64,000 nt of DNA from Neoconidiobolus thromboides FSU 785 (GCA_025603075.1 MU626344.1:21991-85990); one strand, 5' to 3'. Positions 1 through 13,352 are shown, counted from the stretch's first letter. Notes: generated by a model from the letters alone, not told the origin. Translations and numbers: made by a program.

Positions 1-515
1 TCAATAACTCTAACTCCTTTTTTTTCACAAAATTCTCGAATCTCTTCTCTTTTATTCCTTCAAAATAAACTTTTATTATTATTATTATTATATAATTTTA
101 GTGCTTTATGTTATATGTCATTGTTTTGTAATGAAGAGAATATTTGATAGCTTACTCAGTTTCTAATACTTGTTTCTTTTTTCGGATTGTTGTTGGTTCT
201 GACTTTAATAAATAAACTTTGGATACATGTCTTTTAGAATTTGATATGGCAGAGATGACCGAATTATAACCGTAAAGGTATTCTATTTTATCATCAAAAT
301 GAAATTAATTAGCTGTTATTATATTATTATCCTATACTACCATAATTTAAATTGAGTTTATTTAGCAACCTTAAATTCTTGAACATTTTTTTTAAAAAAC
401 TATAAAAAGATCAAATCACGCTTAAACTTTAAGCCACAAGACTTGAAACCTAAACTCAAAAAAAAAATCCAAACCTTAGTATTTTTTACACTTTTACTTT
501 ATTTTTTTAAACTTT

Positions 516-3500
516 ATGACCCCATATCAATTCTTAATTTATATACAATTCCTTTTACTCACTGTCACTTCCACTCAATCTCAAACTCATCTATCAACTT
601 CTACCTCACCTTTATTAACTTCCATTGAGGATAAATGTCCCCCATGTTTCAATTGTATGTTAACTGATTTCAAGTGTTATAATTACGGTGTATGCAATCC
701 TAATAATGGATTATGTTCCTGCCCCATTGGTTTTGATGGCCAAGATTGCACCCTACCATTATGCGGTGCCCTTACGGATGGTGAAGAACGAAAAGGACGA
801 GAAGGTAATTCTTCCTGCGACTGTAAACCAGGGTGGAAAGGAATTAATTGTAATTTATGTAATGAAGATAAAGTATGTGATTTAATGGTGCCACAAGGAT
901 TAAACGGTACTTGTTATAAAGGTGGTATTGTGGTCAAAGAAAATCATCAAGTTTGTAAGGTAACGAATGAAAAAATAGTCGAAATGTTAGGAAGTAAAAA
1001 GGCAATGGTGACCAAATCTTGTAATAGAAAAAAAGAGTCGTGTAACTTTCAGTTTTGGACGGATGAAAAAGAGTCTTTTGATTGTAAGTTTGAACAATGT
1101 CAATTTGAAGTCGAAGGAGAAGAAGGACAACAAAGTAGAGTTACAGGTTGTAAAAAGATAATGTGTGAATGTATACCTGGAAAGTTTTTATGTGGAGAAA
1201 ATGGGAGTATTGATATTTCGGATTTTTTGAGTCAGAAAATTAAAGGACCGGGTAAATTTAATTGTGATATAAACAATAAATGTAGATTTGAAGGTAATAT
1301 TAATTTTAATACTGATATTGTTATTTTATTTTTATCTTATTTCTGTTTTAGAACCAGAAATGAACAATTTAATTCTAAGTATATTTGGGGATGATTATAT
1401 ATCATTAGAATGTGAGTCATCCGAATGTATTCATTATTCAGAATTACCTGGATTAAAAGTAAGTTATAATAATTAAACAAAATAACAATATATAATAATA
1501 GACAAATCATAATAGAAACCAATTAAAGAAGTAAATCGACTATTTATAAAATTAGCAGTGTGTAGTATAATAATATTCATGATATTATTAATAGTATCCT
1601 TTTATTATTTTTCTAAAAAAAAAGTAGACAATGATTATATGCCAATTGACTGGGATGATGAATCGGGTAAATTAATGGCTCATCATGTACCTACTACTTT
1701 ATCATTTAAAGATATTTGTTATCAAATTGGTACTTATTATTTAATAACAGCATCATAATTATACTAATATTTTATCATTTTATCATTTATAGATGATAAA
1801 GATATTTTAAATAATGTTCATGGTATTGCTAAACCTGGTCAAGTCATGGCTATTATGGGGGCATCAGGTAAATTTATTAAAAAATAAACCTTATTAAATA
1901 AAATGAATAATAAATCAATTCAGGTGCAGGAAAGAGTACATTTTTAGATATTTTAGCTCGACGAAATAAAAGCGGTAGTATATCCGGGGAAATTTGTATC
2001 AACGGTCAGATTTTAAGCAATAAAAAATTCCGCAAAATTGTTGGATTTGTCGATCAAGAAGATATACTAATGCCCACATTAACGGTTTATGAAACCATAT
2101 TAAATTCTGCCTTATTAAGATTACCACGTGATATGTCTTTACAAGCCAAAAAATTAAGGGTACTAGAATGTATGAAAGAATTAAAAATATTGAAAATTAA
2201 AGATAATAAAATTGGAAATAGTGAAATACGAGGTATTTCAGGAGGTGAAAAAAGAAGAGTATCAATTGCTTGTGAAATGGTAACATCACCATCCATATTA
2301 TTTTTAGATGAACCCACTTCTGGTTTAGACGCTTATAATGCTCAAAATGTAATTGAATGTTTAGCTTCATTGGCTAAGAACTATCAAAGAACTATTTTAT
2401 TTACAATTCATCAACCAAGATCAAATATTTATTCTTTATTTGATCAACTGATTTTATTGGCTGATGGTTGGTTAGTTTATTCGGGTCATGCTCAATTAGC
2501 AGTAGAACATTTTAATAAGTTGGGCTATCACTGTCCATTAGGTTATAACATTGCTGATTTTATTATTGATATTACACAAGACAATAATATTAATAAAAAT
2601 AATAATAACAATAATAATATAACTAATAATGATGGTGATGATGAGTATGAAGAATATGAAGATTATAATGATAACGAGTATGAAAATTATAATGATAATG
2701 AATATGAAGATAATAATAATAATAATTATGAAAGTAACAACAACCCATGGTCACATAATCCAGCTAGTAGTCCAGGATTAGAACTACAAGGACCCATCTC
2801 CCCAATCAATCATAATCAACCATATTTACTCGATGGAGGTATGCGTAAAGTATTGGCTGTATTAGTATTGGGATTTAAAAAATCCATTATGTCTAAAATA
2901 CTACATGAAGAATTGGAAGAATTTCATGACAATAATCGACATGATACAATATCTATAAGTTCAGCAATGCCAATCACTTATAAAAAATCAAGTTTTTTAA
3001 TGCAATTTATGATATTAAGTAAAAGAACATTTAAAAATCTTTATAGAGACCCATTATTAATGTTAACTAATTATACAATTAGTATTGTATTGGCTGGTAA
3101 ATAGAAATTATATTTTTTAGTAATAATGTAATACTTAATTTTATATTAATATTAGGTTTATGTGGCTCTTTATATTATCAAGTAAGTGATGATATCCCTG
3201 GATTTCAAAATCGAATGGGATTATTCTTTTTCATGTGTGCATTATTTGGTTTTTCATGTTTAACATCGATTCAAGTATTTCAAACAGAAAGAATTTTATT
3301 TATGAGAGAAAGGGCCAATGGTTATTATCTCCCAATTACTTATTTTTTATCCAAGATATTATTTGATATTTTACCACTAAGATTTATACCTCCTTTAATT
3401 ATGGGGGTTATTATTTATCCCATGGTTGGTTTAAATCCAGGAATGATTCATTTTGCATTGTTTCTGCTCACTTTAGTATTATTTAATTTAACTTGTGCAG

Positions 3501-3883
3501 CTATTTGTTTATGTATTAGTATTTTTATACCAAGTATATCCCTAGCTAATTTAATTTGTTCACTTATAATGTTATTTTCAATGTTATTTTCAGGTTTATT
3601 TTTAAATGCAGTAACAATACCACCAATCTTGAATTTTTTGAAATATTTATCAGTATTTCACTATGCACTAGAAAGCCTTTTAGTTAATGAAATGCGATTT
3701 ATGCAATTAAAAGATCGAAAATTTGGTTATGATATTGATATACCAGCAGCAACCATTCTATCCACATTTGGATTTGATGCATCTAAGTTTTGGTTTAATA
3801 CAACTATGCTTGGTGTTATTGGTGCGGGTACCTTGATTTTAGCTTATATTGGATTACATTTTTTTTGCAAGGAGAAAAGATAA
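516..3883 (+). CDS. ADP1: ABCG-family half transporter with N-terminal EGF-like repeats (ADP1-like), multi-exon
   Basis: Signal peptide, then Cys-rich EGF repeats (CPPCFNC...[12 protein letters not shown]). Walker A AIMGASGAGKST is split by an intron near 1868-1923. Signature [11 protein letters not shown], Walker [13 protein letters not shown], and C-terminal ABC2 membrane domain ([14 protein letters not shown]). GT-AG introns, e.g. 1294-1351, join ORFs 516, 1288, 1558, 2070 and 3215. Confidence 0.92.
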
Positions 3884-4640
3884 TAATATAAGGAAGGAAG
3901 TAGTAGCTTCTTTAATAAATCGAAAGTTGTTTTTTTTAATATGAGATTTAATTTGATTGCATAGGTTTAAATTTTGAATTTTTTTAAATGTATTTGTTTA
4001 TTTCTGGTGATAGAATGAGAGGGATGGGAATTAGTTTTTATATTTATTTATAATGAAAGAAAAAGAATGAAGTCGAAAGAATTATTGCACATAGTAAAAA
4101 AAAGTAAATTTATTTGTAAGAATATTTAGTTGAAGATATTGAATCAATAAGTGAATAAAATGAAGTATATCAATATTTAATAAAATGGAAAGGACATTCA
4201 GATGTTGATAATACTTGGGAAAACGAGGTTAGTCTGTAAGTTGAAAAAGAAAATCAGTATCATAAAAAAGAAAGTCAAAGGAAAAAAGTAGATTATTAAA
4301 AAAGTAATTAGTATTAAAAAAACAAACCATTATTATTAAGTTTATTTAACTTGGTAAGTAAAAGAAATAAGTTTTTATTAAGAAATTTTTCATGTTGTCA
4401 CTTAAGTTTAATAATGAAAGAAATATATTTATATTAAAGAAAGTTAGGCAGATAGCCTGTTTAAAAGTAATTTAAATTTTGTTTATTACAATTGTTGATT
4501 ATTGATTGTTTATTTTTATGTTATTAGTTATTTCAATTTTGTGAGTTTAATCTAGATATTCAAATTAAAGGTATAATATAATAATGTTACATATAAAGGT
4601 AAATATACAGTATAAAAAATAAAATATTAATTTATTTTAT

Positions 4641-5915
4641 TTATTTATTTGAATTATTAGAAGTAGATAAAAGCAAAGGGGAAGTTTCATCTATTGAATT
4701 ATTATCTTCTAAATTATCTTTTTTTTTAAATATAATGTCTAATTGTTTAGCAAAAGATAAATTTATACTAGTATTTGTACTATTATAAGGAGGAGTGGTA
4801 TCGCCTGCAGTTAAAATGACAAATTCATTATCACTATCATTATCGGTATTAATTATAGTATTGTTATCTAAAGATAAACCAGTTTGTTCTTTTGTTTTTG
4901 GACGAAAAGACAATAAAGCTACCCCAAAACATAAAATTAAAGTACCAAATAAAACTAATAAAAAATTAGATATTGGTAATAAAGACCATTGATTATAATA
5001 AATTAACCCATTAAATAAACAAGAAATATTATACAATATAAAATTAATAGGCATTAATATTAAGATATCACAATATTGCAACCCTCGATTTAAATAATAT
5101 AATTGTAACAAAGCTGTAAATATTAGTAAAAATACAATTATCCATGCTAACGGTTGATCAAATTGATTCTGTTTGTTTATGAAAGTCAATACTAATAATT
5201 CAATCCCACTTTTAGCAAATAATATCCCTTGAGTTGATATTAAAATTGAACAAGCTCCATATAATAAACCAATAAGTAATTTATTATTAAATAAACTTAA
5301 CTTTTTAAATGGTAACTGTAAACTTAAATCATTATTATTATTACTAATATACTTCTTCAACTTATATTCATTGAAATGATTGAATATCAATAATCCAATA
5401 ATTAATGCTTCCTGTAAACTGAAATAAACAATAAATGGTATTCTTTGATATAATATCATTAATTCTTCTAAACTACGTTCATGCTCAGGTATAATACCAA
5501 ATAATCCTATAATGATAGCCCCTATTAATATAATAAATGTGCCTAATAGAGTAATCCAAGATACTGGGTCACCTAATATAACAATAGCACAAAAAGTATT
5601 ACAAATTAAACCAAAAGCACCAATGGGAGCTAACAAAGTAACTGGTAAAGACCCAATAGAAAATATAGACCCTGTTAAACTACTTAATAAATATAATAAA
5701 AACCCAATTTTCCATAGATGTAAATTGAGAAATGTGAAAAGTTTAGATTTGAAAGTTACTGGATGGACAGTAACATGATTATTTAATTTAATTTGTTGTT
5801 TCACTAACTCTTGATTTAAAAAACTTTTTTTTTGTAATGTAAGACCTAAACTTGCTAATAAGGTAGCTACTAAGGTTACCGTTATACCCACTATTACTTC
5901 AACTAAAGAACCCAT
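4641..5915 (-). CDS. NIPA/DUF803-family magnesium transporter-like membrane protein
   Basis: Single 424-aa ORF with ~9 hydrophobic segments. Motifs LGLTLQKKS, LWKIGFLLY, PVTLLAPIGAFGLICN and LQLYYLNRGL are typical of the Mg_trans_NIPA family. Confidence 0.85.
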   Translation of the reverse strand: MGSLVEVIVGITVTLVATLLASLGLTLQKKSFLNQELVKQQIKLNNHVTVHPVTFKSKLFTFLNLHLWKIGFLLYLLSSLTGSIFSIGSLPVTLLAPIGAFGLICNTFCAIVILGDPVSWITLLGTFIILIGAIIIGLFGIIPEHERSLEELMILYQRIPFIVYFSLQEALIIGLLIFNHFNEYKLKKYISNNNNDLSLQLPFKKLSLFNNKLLIGLLYGACSILISTQGILFAKSGIELLVLTFINKQNQFDQPLAWIIVFLLIFTALLQLYYLNRGLQYCDILILMPINFILYNISCLFNGLIYYNQWSLLPISNFLLVLFGTLILCFGVALLSFRPKTKEQTGLSLDNNTIINTDNDSDNEFVILTAGDTTPPYNSTNTSINLSFAKQLDIIFKKKDNLEDNNSIDETSPLLLSTSNNSNK

Positions 5916-7709
5916 GACTTCCTATGAATTGTGGCGTTTTGAAGTTTATAAAAAGATTAAGGGAAGATATAGGGAGAGTTGGTTATTAAAATCTAATTAA
6001 AATGGCAAGTATTGAATTTTTATCAGCTTGAATCAAAGCTGGAAAGTTTATAGAAATAAAAAAAGTATACAAAATTAAAATATAATAATGAAAAAAATAT
6101 ATAAATAAACAAGGCTAACTTTTTCTAATTTCAATTAATTTCTCCTCCTCATTTTTTTAACTGATCAGTCCATTTTTATTTTCATTATTAGTGTTACAGT
6201 TAATACAATTCTTTTGTAAAAACTTTAGTTGATCATTTATTAATAAATTCTATGCTAAAATTTAGTCAAAATTTAAACATTAGGCTTTAAACGAATTAAT
6301 TAAGCAGTTAACTTTACTGTAAAAATCAACACAAATTATTTCGTAAAAGAACTGGAATGATCATACTTATAGTCCTTCTTTATTGGCTTAAATCAATTCC
6401 CTTTTTCATTGCTAATTTGTAATTCTTATCATTTTTTCCGCTTAAACTTTAACTTTTATTATGCTTTCCCTTCCTTGGCTTACTCATTTTATTCTAGAAA
6501 ATATTAAAATGATTAGTTAGATTAATAAAATTATAATTTTGTTAAAAATAATTCAAGTTAAAGTTGGTACTGAGTTAATTATTAAAGATAAAAAGTTGGA
6601 ACACTAATGCTTATTTTATATAAGAGTTAATAAATTAATATTATTACTTTAAAATAAAAAAATTATTTTCATTTATACATTAAAGATTATTAAAATTCAA
6701 ATTCGTAGTAAACATTCTAAAAAAAGTCAAAATAATAAAATATTAATAAACTCTGCCATTTTTGCTTGATTTTAATTCCAAGTTTGATAGTTTAATTAGT
6801 GCCAAAATAATTAAAAATAAAATAAAATAAAACGTAAACAGCTTGATTTTAAATAACAATTCCTTTTTTAATTTGATAATCTTGCAATTAACTTGAGAAT
6901 CTAAATAAGAAAGCCAAAACCAAACTAATAAAATGCGATTTCCATCATTAAAAATGTTATATGAAATTATCACCTGTCAGCCAAATTAATAATAAAATAC
7001 ATTTGAACTGATATTTACTTTTTTAACAATAATTCTGAATCATTTAAATATTTAAATGACCTTAATATTATATAATAAAATAAAAGGTACATGAGGTTTG
7101 AGTAGAAGATTTGAAAATTTAAATGAAAGAGGATTTCATTTTAAATATTTAATAAAAGAATAAGCTAGTAATTAAATTAAAAGTATAAATGCAAAGGTTT
7201 TATTACCTATTTTTTAAAAGAGACATTATAAAAAAACTATAATAATATAAATAAATCAGCTTATGATTAATAAAGTTAATAAAGTTAGTAAAGAATTTGG
7301 AAAATTAAAAAAAGTAAAAAGCTTTGTTATATCAAACCCTAATTTTATATGCTGCTATAAAATATTGTTTTATTAGCTTTATAATTGATTATATTGTAAT
7401 GATTACTTATATTAATTAAAAGAGTAATTGTATTTCTATGATTAAATTAACTATAATTTGTATAATAAATTTAATGACTTTGATAATTTTGATAAAATTT
7501 AATACTTTTTTAATTTGTATAATTAATTCAACATTTTTATACTAAATAATTTAAAATATAAGATTGGGAAATTGTATTATTAATCAACTAAAATGACATT
7601 TTATATTAATATACTATTGATTTTTAACTAGTTGAAACTATTATAAGTTCTGAAAGATAAAGAATATAAGAATGATGAATTTTTATTATAGTTATTAAAT
7701 ATAAATATT

Positions 7710-7808
7710 GGGGATGTATTTTTGTATTTAAGAATTTTACTAACAATTTTTCCGTTCAGATAGTGCTTAAAAGATGGAAAAAGTAATGAAGCTAAAAAAA
7801 ACATCCCC
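7710..7808 (+). mobile_element. MITE-like ~98-bp TIR element, copy 1
   Basis: GGGGATGTATTTTT...AAAAAAACATCCCC terminal inverted repeat. Internal core TTTAAGAATTTTACTAACAATTTTTCC...ATAGTGCTTAAAAGATGGAAAAAGTAATGAAG is shared with 7 other loci. Confidence 0.8.
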
Positions 7809-7957
7809 ATTAATAATAATCTCAAGTTAAAAAAATTAAAAATTAATTTATATTTAAACTTTTATAAACTGAATTTTCAACTTTAAAATTTTAAACATCC
7901 AAAAAAAGTAATCACTTAAAGATAAACTGTTTTAGATGTAAAATATACAACTTAAAT

Positions 7958-8056
7958 GGAGATGTATTTTGGTATTTAAGGGTCTTACTAATAACCTTTT
8001 CACTAAAATAATACTTAAAAGATGGAAAAAGTAATGAGCCCAAAAAAAACATCCCC
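7958..8056 (+). mobile_element. MITE-like element, copy 2
   Basis: GGAGATGTATTTT...CTTAAAAGATGGAAAAAGTAATGAGCCCAAAAAAAACATCCCC. Same orientation as copy 1, 150 bp downstream. Confidence 0.78.
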
Positions 8057-8289
8057 AAATATTGTTTATATATTTGACTAAATACTAAATATTAATGCTT
8101 AGCTAATAATATATTTAATTTAATATATTTGAATAACTATATTACATAATGATGTTTTTGTTTTAAAAGTTCTACTGTGATTTATTGTTATATTTTATAC
8201 TATTAAAAAATAAGCAGTAAAAAAAACATTTTTATACCTAATTTAGTTTAAAAGCTTAGTGATTTCTATTTAATTAGATTTTAGCAAAA

Positions 8290-8323
8290 ACTGTGAATTG
8301 AGCACTGTGAATTGAGCACTGTG
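8290..8323. repeat. 14-bp tandem repeat (ACTGTGAATTGAGC x2.4)
   Basis: Direct reading of the sequence. Confidence 0.8.
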
Positions 8324-8894
8324 CTACAAAAAATTACTTTTTGCTTAATTTTAAAACAACTCCTTTCCTCCATGTTGGGACGTTTTTCAATATTTGAAGA
8401 TTTTACCAAAATTATGCTACATAGAAAGTAAAAAAATTAAAATGGAAAATTTTATCTTTGATTTTAACCAAGCTTTTAAACTTATTCGCATATGTATAAA
8501 TATATACATTTTAAAAAGCTATTGTTAGTTAAAAAGATTTTGAAGTAAAAATATAACTTTTTATTGTTTTATAAAGAAAATTGATAAAGAATCTAAAAAA
8601 CAAGTAAACTCTAAGAACTTAAAATTAGTCAAAGTGATATTAGCTTCAACAATGCTTATAACCAAAATTAAGCAAAATCTAAGAGTAGACTGTAAAACTA
8701 ATTTACAAATTAAACATAATAGAGTTGATTTTTGTTACAAAGAATAAAAAGTATGTAAATCAATAATTGTGTAAGGTTTATATGTTTTTTAGAAAATTGC
8801 TAATAATTATATAATGTTATTTCTATTTATTTAATTTCAACTATAATTACTATTAAAACAATTATGTTAGCTTTACCAATTTTCAAAGTACTAT

Positions 8895-8992
8895 ATGAGT
8901 GTATTTTTTTAGTTTCATCACTTTTTCTATCTTTTGAGCACTGTTTAAGTGGAAAGCTTGTTAGTAAAATTCAAACGAAAAAATGCATCCCC
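8895..8992 (-). mobile_element. MITE-like element, copy 3 (inverted, one end degenerate)
   Basis: TTTCATCACTTTTTCTATCTTTTGAGCACTGTTTAAGTGGAAAGCTTGTTAGTAAAATTC...TGCATCCCC is the reverse complement of the family core. Left boundary is approximate. Confidence 0.72.
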
Positions 8993-9186
8993 ATATATCT
9001 GTATTGTAAGAATCCTGTAGTGCAAATAAATTTAAAAAAATTGATTTGAATGAAAGCTATAGCACTAGTTTGAGTGAGTAAAAGACGCTCTTGTAAATAC
9101 TATCAATTTATTATATTATTATTGATAAAAACTTAAGAATGTGCCCTTTTATCTTTTCCACTATATAATTATTAGTAGTTTAACAT

Positions 9187-9252
9187 GGGGATGTTTTCGG
9201 ATCGATAGGGCTTAAGTACAGAAAAATTAACAAAACCAAAAAAGATACTCGC
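9187..9252 (-). mobile_element. Possible truncated or degenerate MITE copy
   Basis: Starts with ATGGGGATGTTTT, identical to the family TIR, followed by CTTAAGTACAGAAAAATT resembling TTTAAGTGGAAAAATT. The rest is poorly conserved. Confidence 0.3.
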
Positions 9253-10729
9253 ATTTGGTTTATTTTGTCTCTCATTAACGCCTTTAATATCTACATTTCA
9301 AAAGAACTTTGTATTGATGCTACATTTAACACTGGCAGTTTCAAACTCAAGGTTGATCCAAAAAGTACAGATAAAGCTTATGTTATCTTAGTTTTAATTC
9401 TTGTTGATAAATTTATATATAAAAATATAACTATTCTACTAAATGCTCAGTTCAATAATAAGAATTCACTCTGTTCTGAATAACGTATTATCTTGAACTA
9501 CAATTTAATATTAATAGATTAGCATATCCACTAAAGGCCGAGACTTTTAAAAAAAATAGTTATCAATGGTTATAAACTAGCGTAAAGTAGTATAATATAT
9601 ACGTATTGGAAAATATTTACCAATATATCATATTGATATTACTGCATTATTAGGCTATGAATTTATTATGTTATTATTATATACTTTGATGGATTTATAG
9701 CATTAGATTAAGTGATAATCTTTTTATGCTATAGCTAATGAAGTGATATGAGAATATCTTTTTTGATTTCATTTAATTGATAGTTCTCATTGAGTAAAAG
9801 ATTAGAAATAATAGATAGATATTAAAATAAAAAGACATATCAGCAAATGCTCAAAAATACAATATTGACTTTTATATCTTTCATTTAGTTAGTCAACTTA
9901 TTGAAGCTAGTTAGCAGAGCATATGCATAATACTACAACTTCTTTAAATTTGAAGCCCTAATATATATATATTTAATAAAAATAATATAAAATTAAATGA
10001 ATAAAAAAAATTGAAATAAATAAAAAATCATGTTATAACTTTTATGCTTGAATTTTCAAATGAGTCAAATCAAGTAAAAATGTTAAACAGAATTAAAGAA
10101 TCTTAATTTAGGAATAAAGTTAATTTGTGGTAAAATAAGCAGATAGACAAATCAAGTGAATAATCAGGTGAGAAGTCGTTTGACAAAAATAATGGCAAAC
10201 CTGGTAAATTTTGAATCTGTTTTTTAAACTTAGATTTACTATTTTTAAGGGTTTTCTAATCGTTAAGGGTCTTTTAGAATAAGATTGAATATTCATACTA
10301 CCACCTATCTGTATATTTTATTTTAATATTTTTCAATTTTCAATTTGGTTTTTGTTATGATTTTAAATATTAACTCAATATAAAGTTTATTCAGAATTCT
10401 CTTATCTATTTAATTATAATTCAAGTTTGTACTATCTTAGCTAATAAGTACTATGTTCTAATTTTGCTGCAGTGCAATATTCTGTAGTTAAGAATAAATA
10501 GGTTTTTCAGTCACATTTTAAAAAACAGATTGAATGTTTTAATAATTAATTTCCTGGTCACATTTTATCATTTCTTATCCACTTTGACATGCTATCTCTA
10601 TTTATAGTTAATCTAAGGCACTCTACATATTAATTCAAATAGAAATAGGCAATTTATACTTTGCTTCTAAACTAGCTTGAATTTAGTATAAAATGACTGT
10701 GAAGGGACGCTGAATAAAAAACAAAAAAA

Positions 10730-12343
10730 ATGAGTGAAAAAGTAGGTGCTGAACTTTCATTAACTGAAAGAGAATTAGAATTATTAGAGCAAGAACGTAT
10801 TATCAATGCCGAGTTAGATGCCAAACTCCAAGCTAACCACGATAAATTTCCAAAAGCTGTCTATTTTATTGTACCAAATGAATTGTGTGAACGTTTCTGT
10901 TATTATGGTATTAAAAACTTATTAAACAAATATTTACAAAATGTTTACGGTTATACTCCTTCTTACGCTAAAGCTCAAGCCTCTTTATTTAATGCTTTGG
11001 TATATATTTTCCCTCTTGTTGGTGCTGCTATGTCTGATTCTTTCTTAGGAAAATATCATACTATTGTTTATATGTCTTTCCTTTATTTAGCAGGAAATGT
11101 CTTAATGTCTGTTTTGTCAATTAATAATCTTATTGCTAAGCATGGTGAATTACCATATTGGTCCTATATTGTACCTGCTATATTCATTGCTATTGGTTCA
11201 GGTGGTATCAAACCATGTGTATCTTCTCACGGTGGTGATCAATTTTTACCAACTCAAACAGTTTTACTTGATAAATTCTTTGGTCTTTTCTACGTTGCTA
11301 TTAATGTTGGTGCTTTAGTTGCTCAATATCTTACACCTTACTTAAAAGAATATGTTAAATGCTTTGGTGCAGAATGTTATTTCCTTGCTTTTGGTATCCC
11401 AACCATTGCTTTCGCTGTCGCCTTAGCATTATTTATTTTTGGTTTCCGTTATTATCGTATTGTTCCACCAACAGGTAGATTCATGCCTTGGGTTGCCCTC
11501 AAAACTGCAGTAACTGCAGGAAGACGTTATTACGCTGCATCTGCTGAAGAAAGAAGAAGTAAAGGTCATTGGTTAAATTTCTCAGCCGACCTTTATGGTG
11601 CTGAAATGGTCGAAGAAACTAGATTATTCGGAAAAGTATCTGCTATGATCTTACCTATCTCCTTTTTCTGGTTATTATATGATCAAAATACTACTGAATG
11701 GCAAAACAATTACGACATGATGAACCAAAAATTCTTATGGTTTATTCCATTGCCAACTGAAGCTTCTTCAAACATTAACTCTATCTTAATTATTGTTTTC
11801 GTCCCATTGTTGTCCTACTATGTTTATCCATTCTTAGAAAAAAGAGGAATTAGAATGCCACTTTTAACTCGTATGGTCTGGGGTTGGTTTGTTATGATCC
11901 TTACTTTTATATTATCCACTTGTCTCCAATATTATGTCGAAGCTAATTCTGGATCTCAAATTCTGGATGGAAATAAAGTTGTATCATGCGACCAATGTAC
12001 TAATGGTACTATTCAACTTCCTCAATATATCCTTTTATCATTAGGTGAGGCTATGGTATCTCCAATTGGCCTTCAATTTGCTTATACCCAAGTAGGTAGA
12101 CAGATGAAGTCTTCTTCCTCTTCTATTTTCTTACTTACTTCAGCTATTGGTAATTATTGTGTACTTGGATTAGAAATTGGTATGGAAAATCTCGCAGGTA
12201 CTACTAAAATGTGGGTGTACATTGCCGTTTCTACTTTCTTCTTTATCATTTTTGTTCTCATGGCTAAATTCTGGTACATATCAAAAGAAGAAGAAGAAGC
12301 TGCTAAAGAAGCTTCACAAGAAACCCAAGATTTGAAGAACTAA
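10730..12343 (+). CDS. PTR2: POT/PTR-family proton-dependent oligopeptide transporter
   Basis: Intronless 537-aa ORF with ExxERFxYYG motif (ELCERFCYYG), GSGGIKPCVSSHGGDQF, FYVAINVGAL and ~12 TM helices. Confidence 0.93.
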   Translation: MSEKVGAELSLTERELELLEQERIINAELDAKLQANHDKFPKAVYFIVPNELCERFCYYGIKNLLNKYLQNVYGYTPSYAKAQASLFNALVYIFPLVGAAMSDSFLGKYHTIVYMSFLYLAGNVLMSVLSINNLIAKHGELPYWSYIVPAIFIAIGSGGIKPCVSSHGGDQFLPTQTVLLDKFFGLFYVAINVGALVAQYLTPYLKEYVKCFGAECYFLAFGIPTIAFAVALALFIFGFRYYRIVPPTGRFMPWVALKTAVTAGRRYYAASAEERRSKGHWLNFSADLYGAEMVEETRLFGKVSAMILPISFFWLLYDQNTTEWQNNYDMMNQKFLWFIPLPTEASSNINSILIIVFVPLLSYYVYPFLEKRGIRMPLLTRMVWGWFVMILTFILSTCLQYYVEANSGSQILDGNKVVSCDQCTNGTIQLPQYILLSLGEAMVSPIGLQFAYTQVGRQMKSSSSSIFLLTSAIGNYCVLGLEIGMENLAGTTKMWVYIAVSTFFFIIFVLMAKFWYISKEEEEAAKEASQETQDLKN

Positions 12344-12797
12344 TTAATACTAAGTTAAGATATTTAATTTCCTAACCCTTTTTTAATATCAATGATATTT
12401 CTTTTTAATAAAAATTTTATTTTTCTAATTTTATAAGTTAAGATATTTAAAATCTTTAATATTTTGTAAACAAAATAAATATTATTAACTATTATTTTTA
12501 TTGACAATATCGTCTTATTCTAAAAATATATTTAGGAAACTCAAAGTAGTGGATCTTAATCTTAGGTAGAAAGTTAGATATTAAAGATAACAACTCTATA
12601 GATGAAAATCCCAACAACAGGGAAACAGATTCAAACTTTTTTGACTTCTTTTAGAGTAAATGCTCATGTTACTAAAATAAATTCTTGCTAATCAAGCTTT
12701 GATTTGAAGAATAAAACGTTAAAACAAGCTACCGAAAAACTTTGCAATAAATGCCAGAATATAGGGTGAATCTTTTATGCTATTGTAGAAACAAACT

Positions 12798-12830
12798 AAG
12801 TGATAATACAAGTGATAATACAAGTGATAA
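12798..12830. repeat. 12-bp tandem repeat (AAGTGATAATAC x2.7)
   Basis: Direct reading. Each unit contains GATAA. Confidence 0.75.
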
Positions 12831-13253
12831 AATCTATATTTGGCTATCCATTTATAAATAATATTTTTGTAACACTTTCAAATTGAAGTAAAATCTATTC
12901 AGATACAAAGTATTGCTCTTGAAATATAAAAATACAAAAACTAAATCTTATATAAAAATGTAGAATAGTTTCGATTTAAAATAGAGGAGTAATATGTTCA
13001 AGATATAATCCTTCATATAAAGAGGTAACAATGACATATACAAAGTAATGGAGCTGCCTATTTATGAAAAATTATTGAGAATATGAATATGAGTATGAAT
13101 AGGAATTTTGAAAAGTCTATTCTTAGAAAAGTATGAAAATACAATGCTTTACTTTAGTTATTGTATGCTCTTAATACATATAAATGATATGAACAAAATA
13201 ATCCATAAAATATATTGATCAATTACAAGCTTTATTTTATAACATCACAAAAT

Positions 13254-13352
13254 GGGGGTGTTTTTTTTGGCTTCATTATTTTTTCCATCTTTTAAGTGCT
13301 ATTTGAGAGGAAAAATTATTAGCAAAATTCTTAAACATAGAAATACATCCTC
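13254..13352 (-). mobile_element. MITE-like element, copy 4 (inverted)
   Basis: GGGGGTGTTTTTTTTGGCTTCATTATTTTTTCCATCTTTTAAGTGCTATTTG...AAAATTCTTAAACATAGAAATACATCCTC. Confidence 0.8.

Noticed and set aside
1594-1602. GTATCCTTT, a perfect U12 5' splice-site motif, in ADP1
   Set aside because: It lies inside an open transmembrane-coding exon (IVSFYY), with no CCTTAAC branch site and no suitable 3' site at a plausible distance.
8290-8323. 14-bp direct repeats as a CRISPR-like array
   Set aside because: Only ~2.4 head-to-tail units with no spacers and no cas genes, in eukaryotic DNA.
12400-13250. Possible further pseudogene relics in the spacer after PTR2 (and at 19000-19900)
   Set aside because: Patches look slightly coding-like, but I could not recover a convincing motif or an alignment to any gene in the window.
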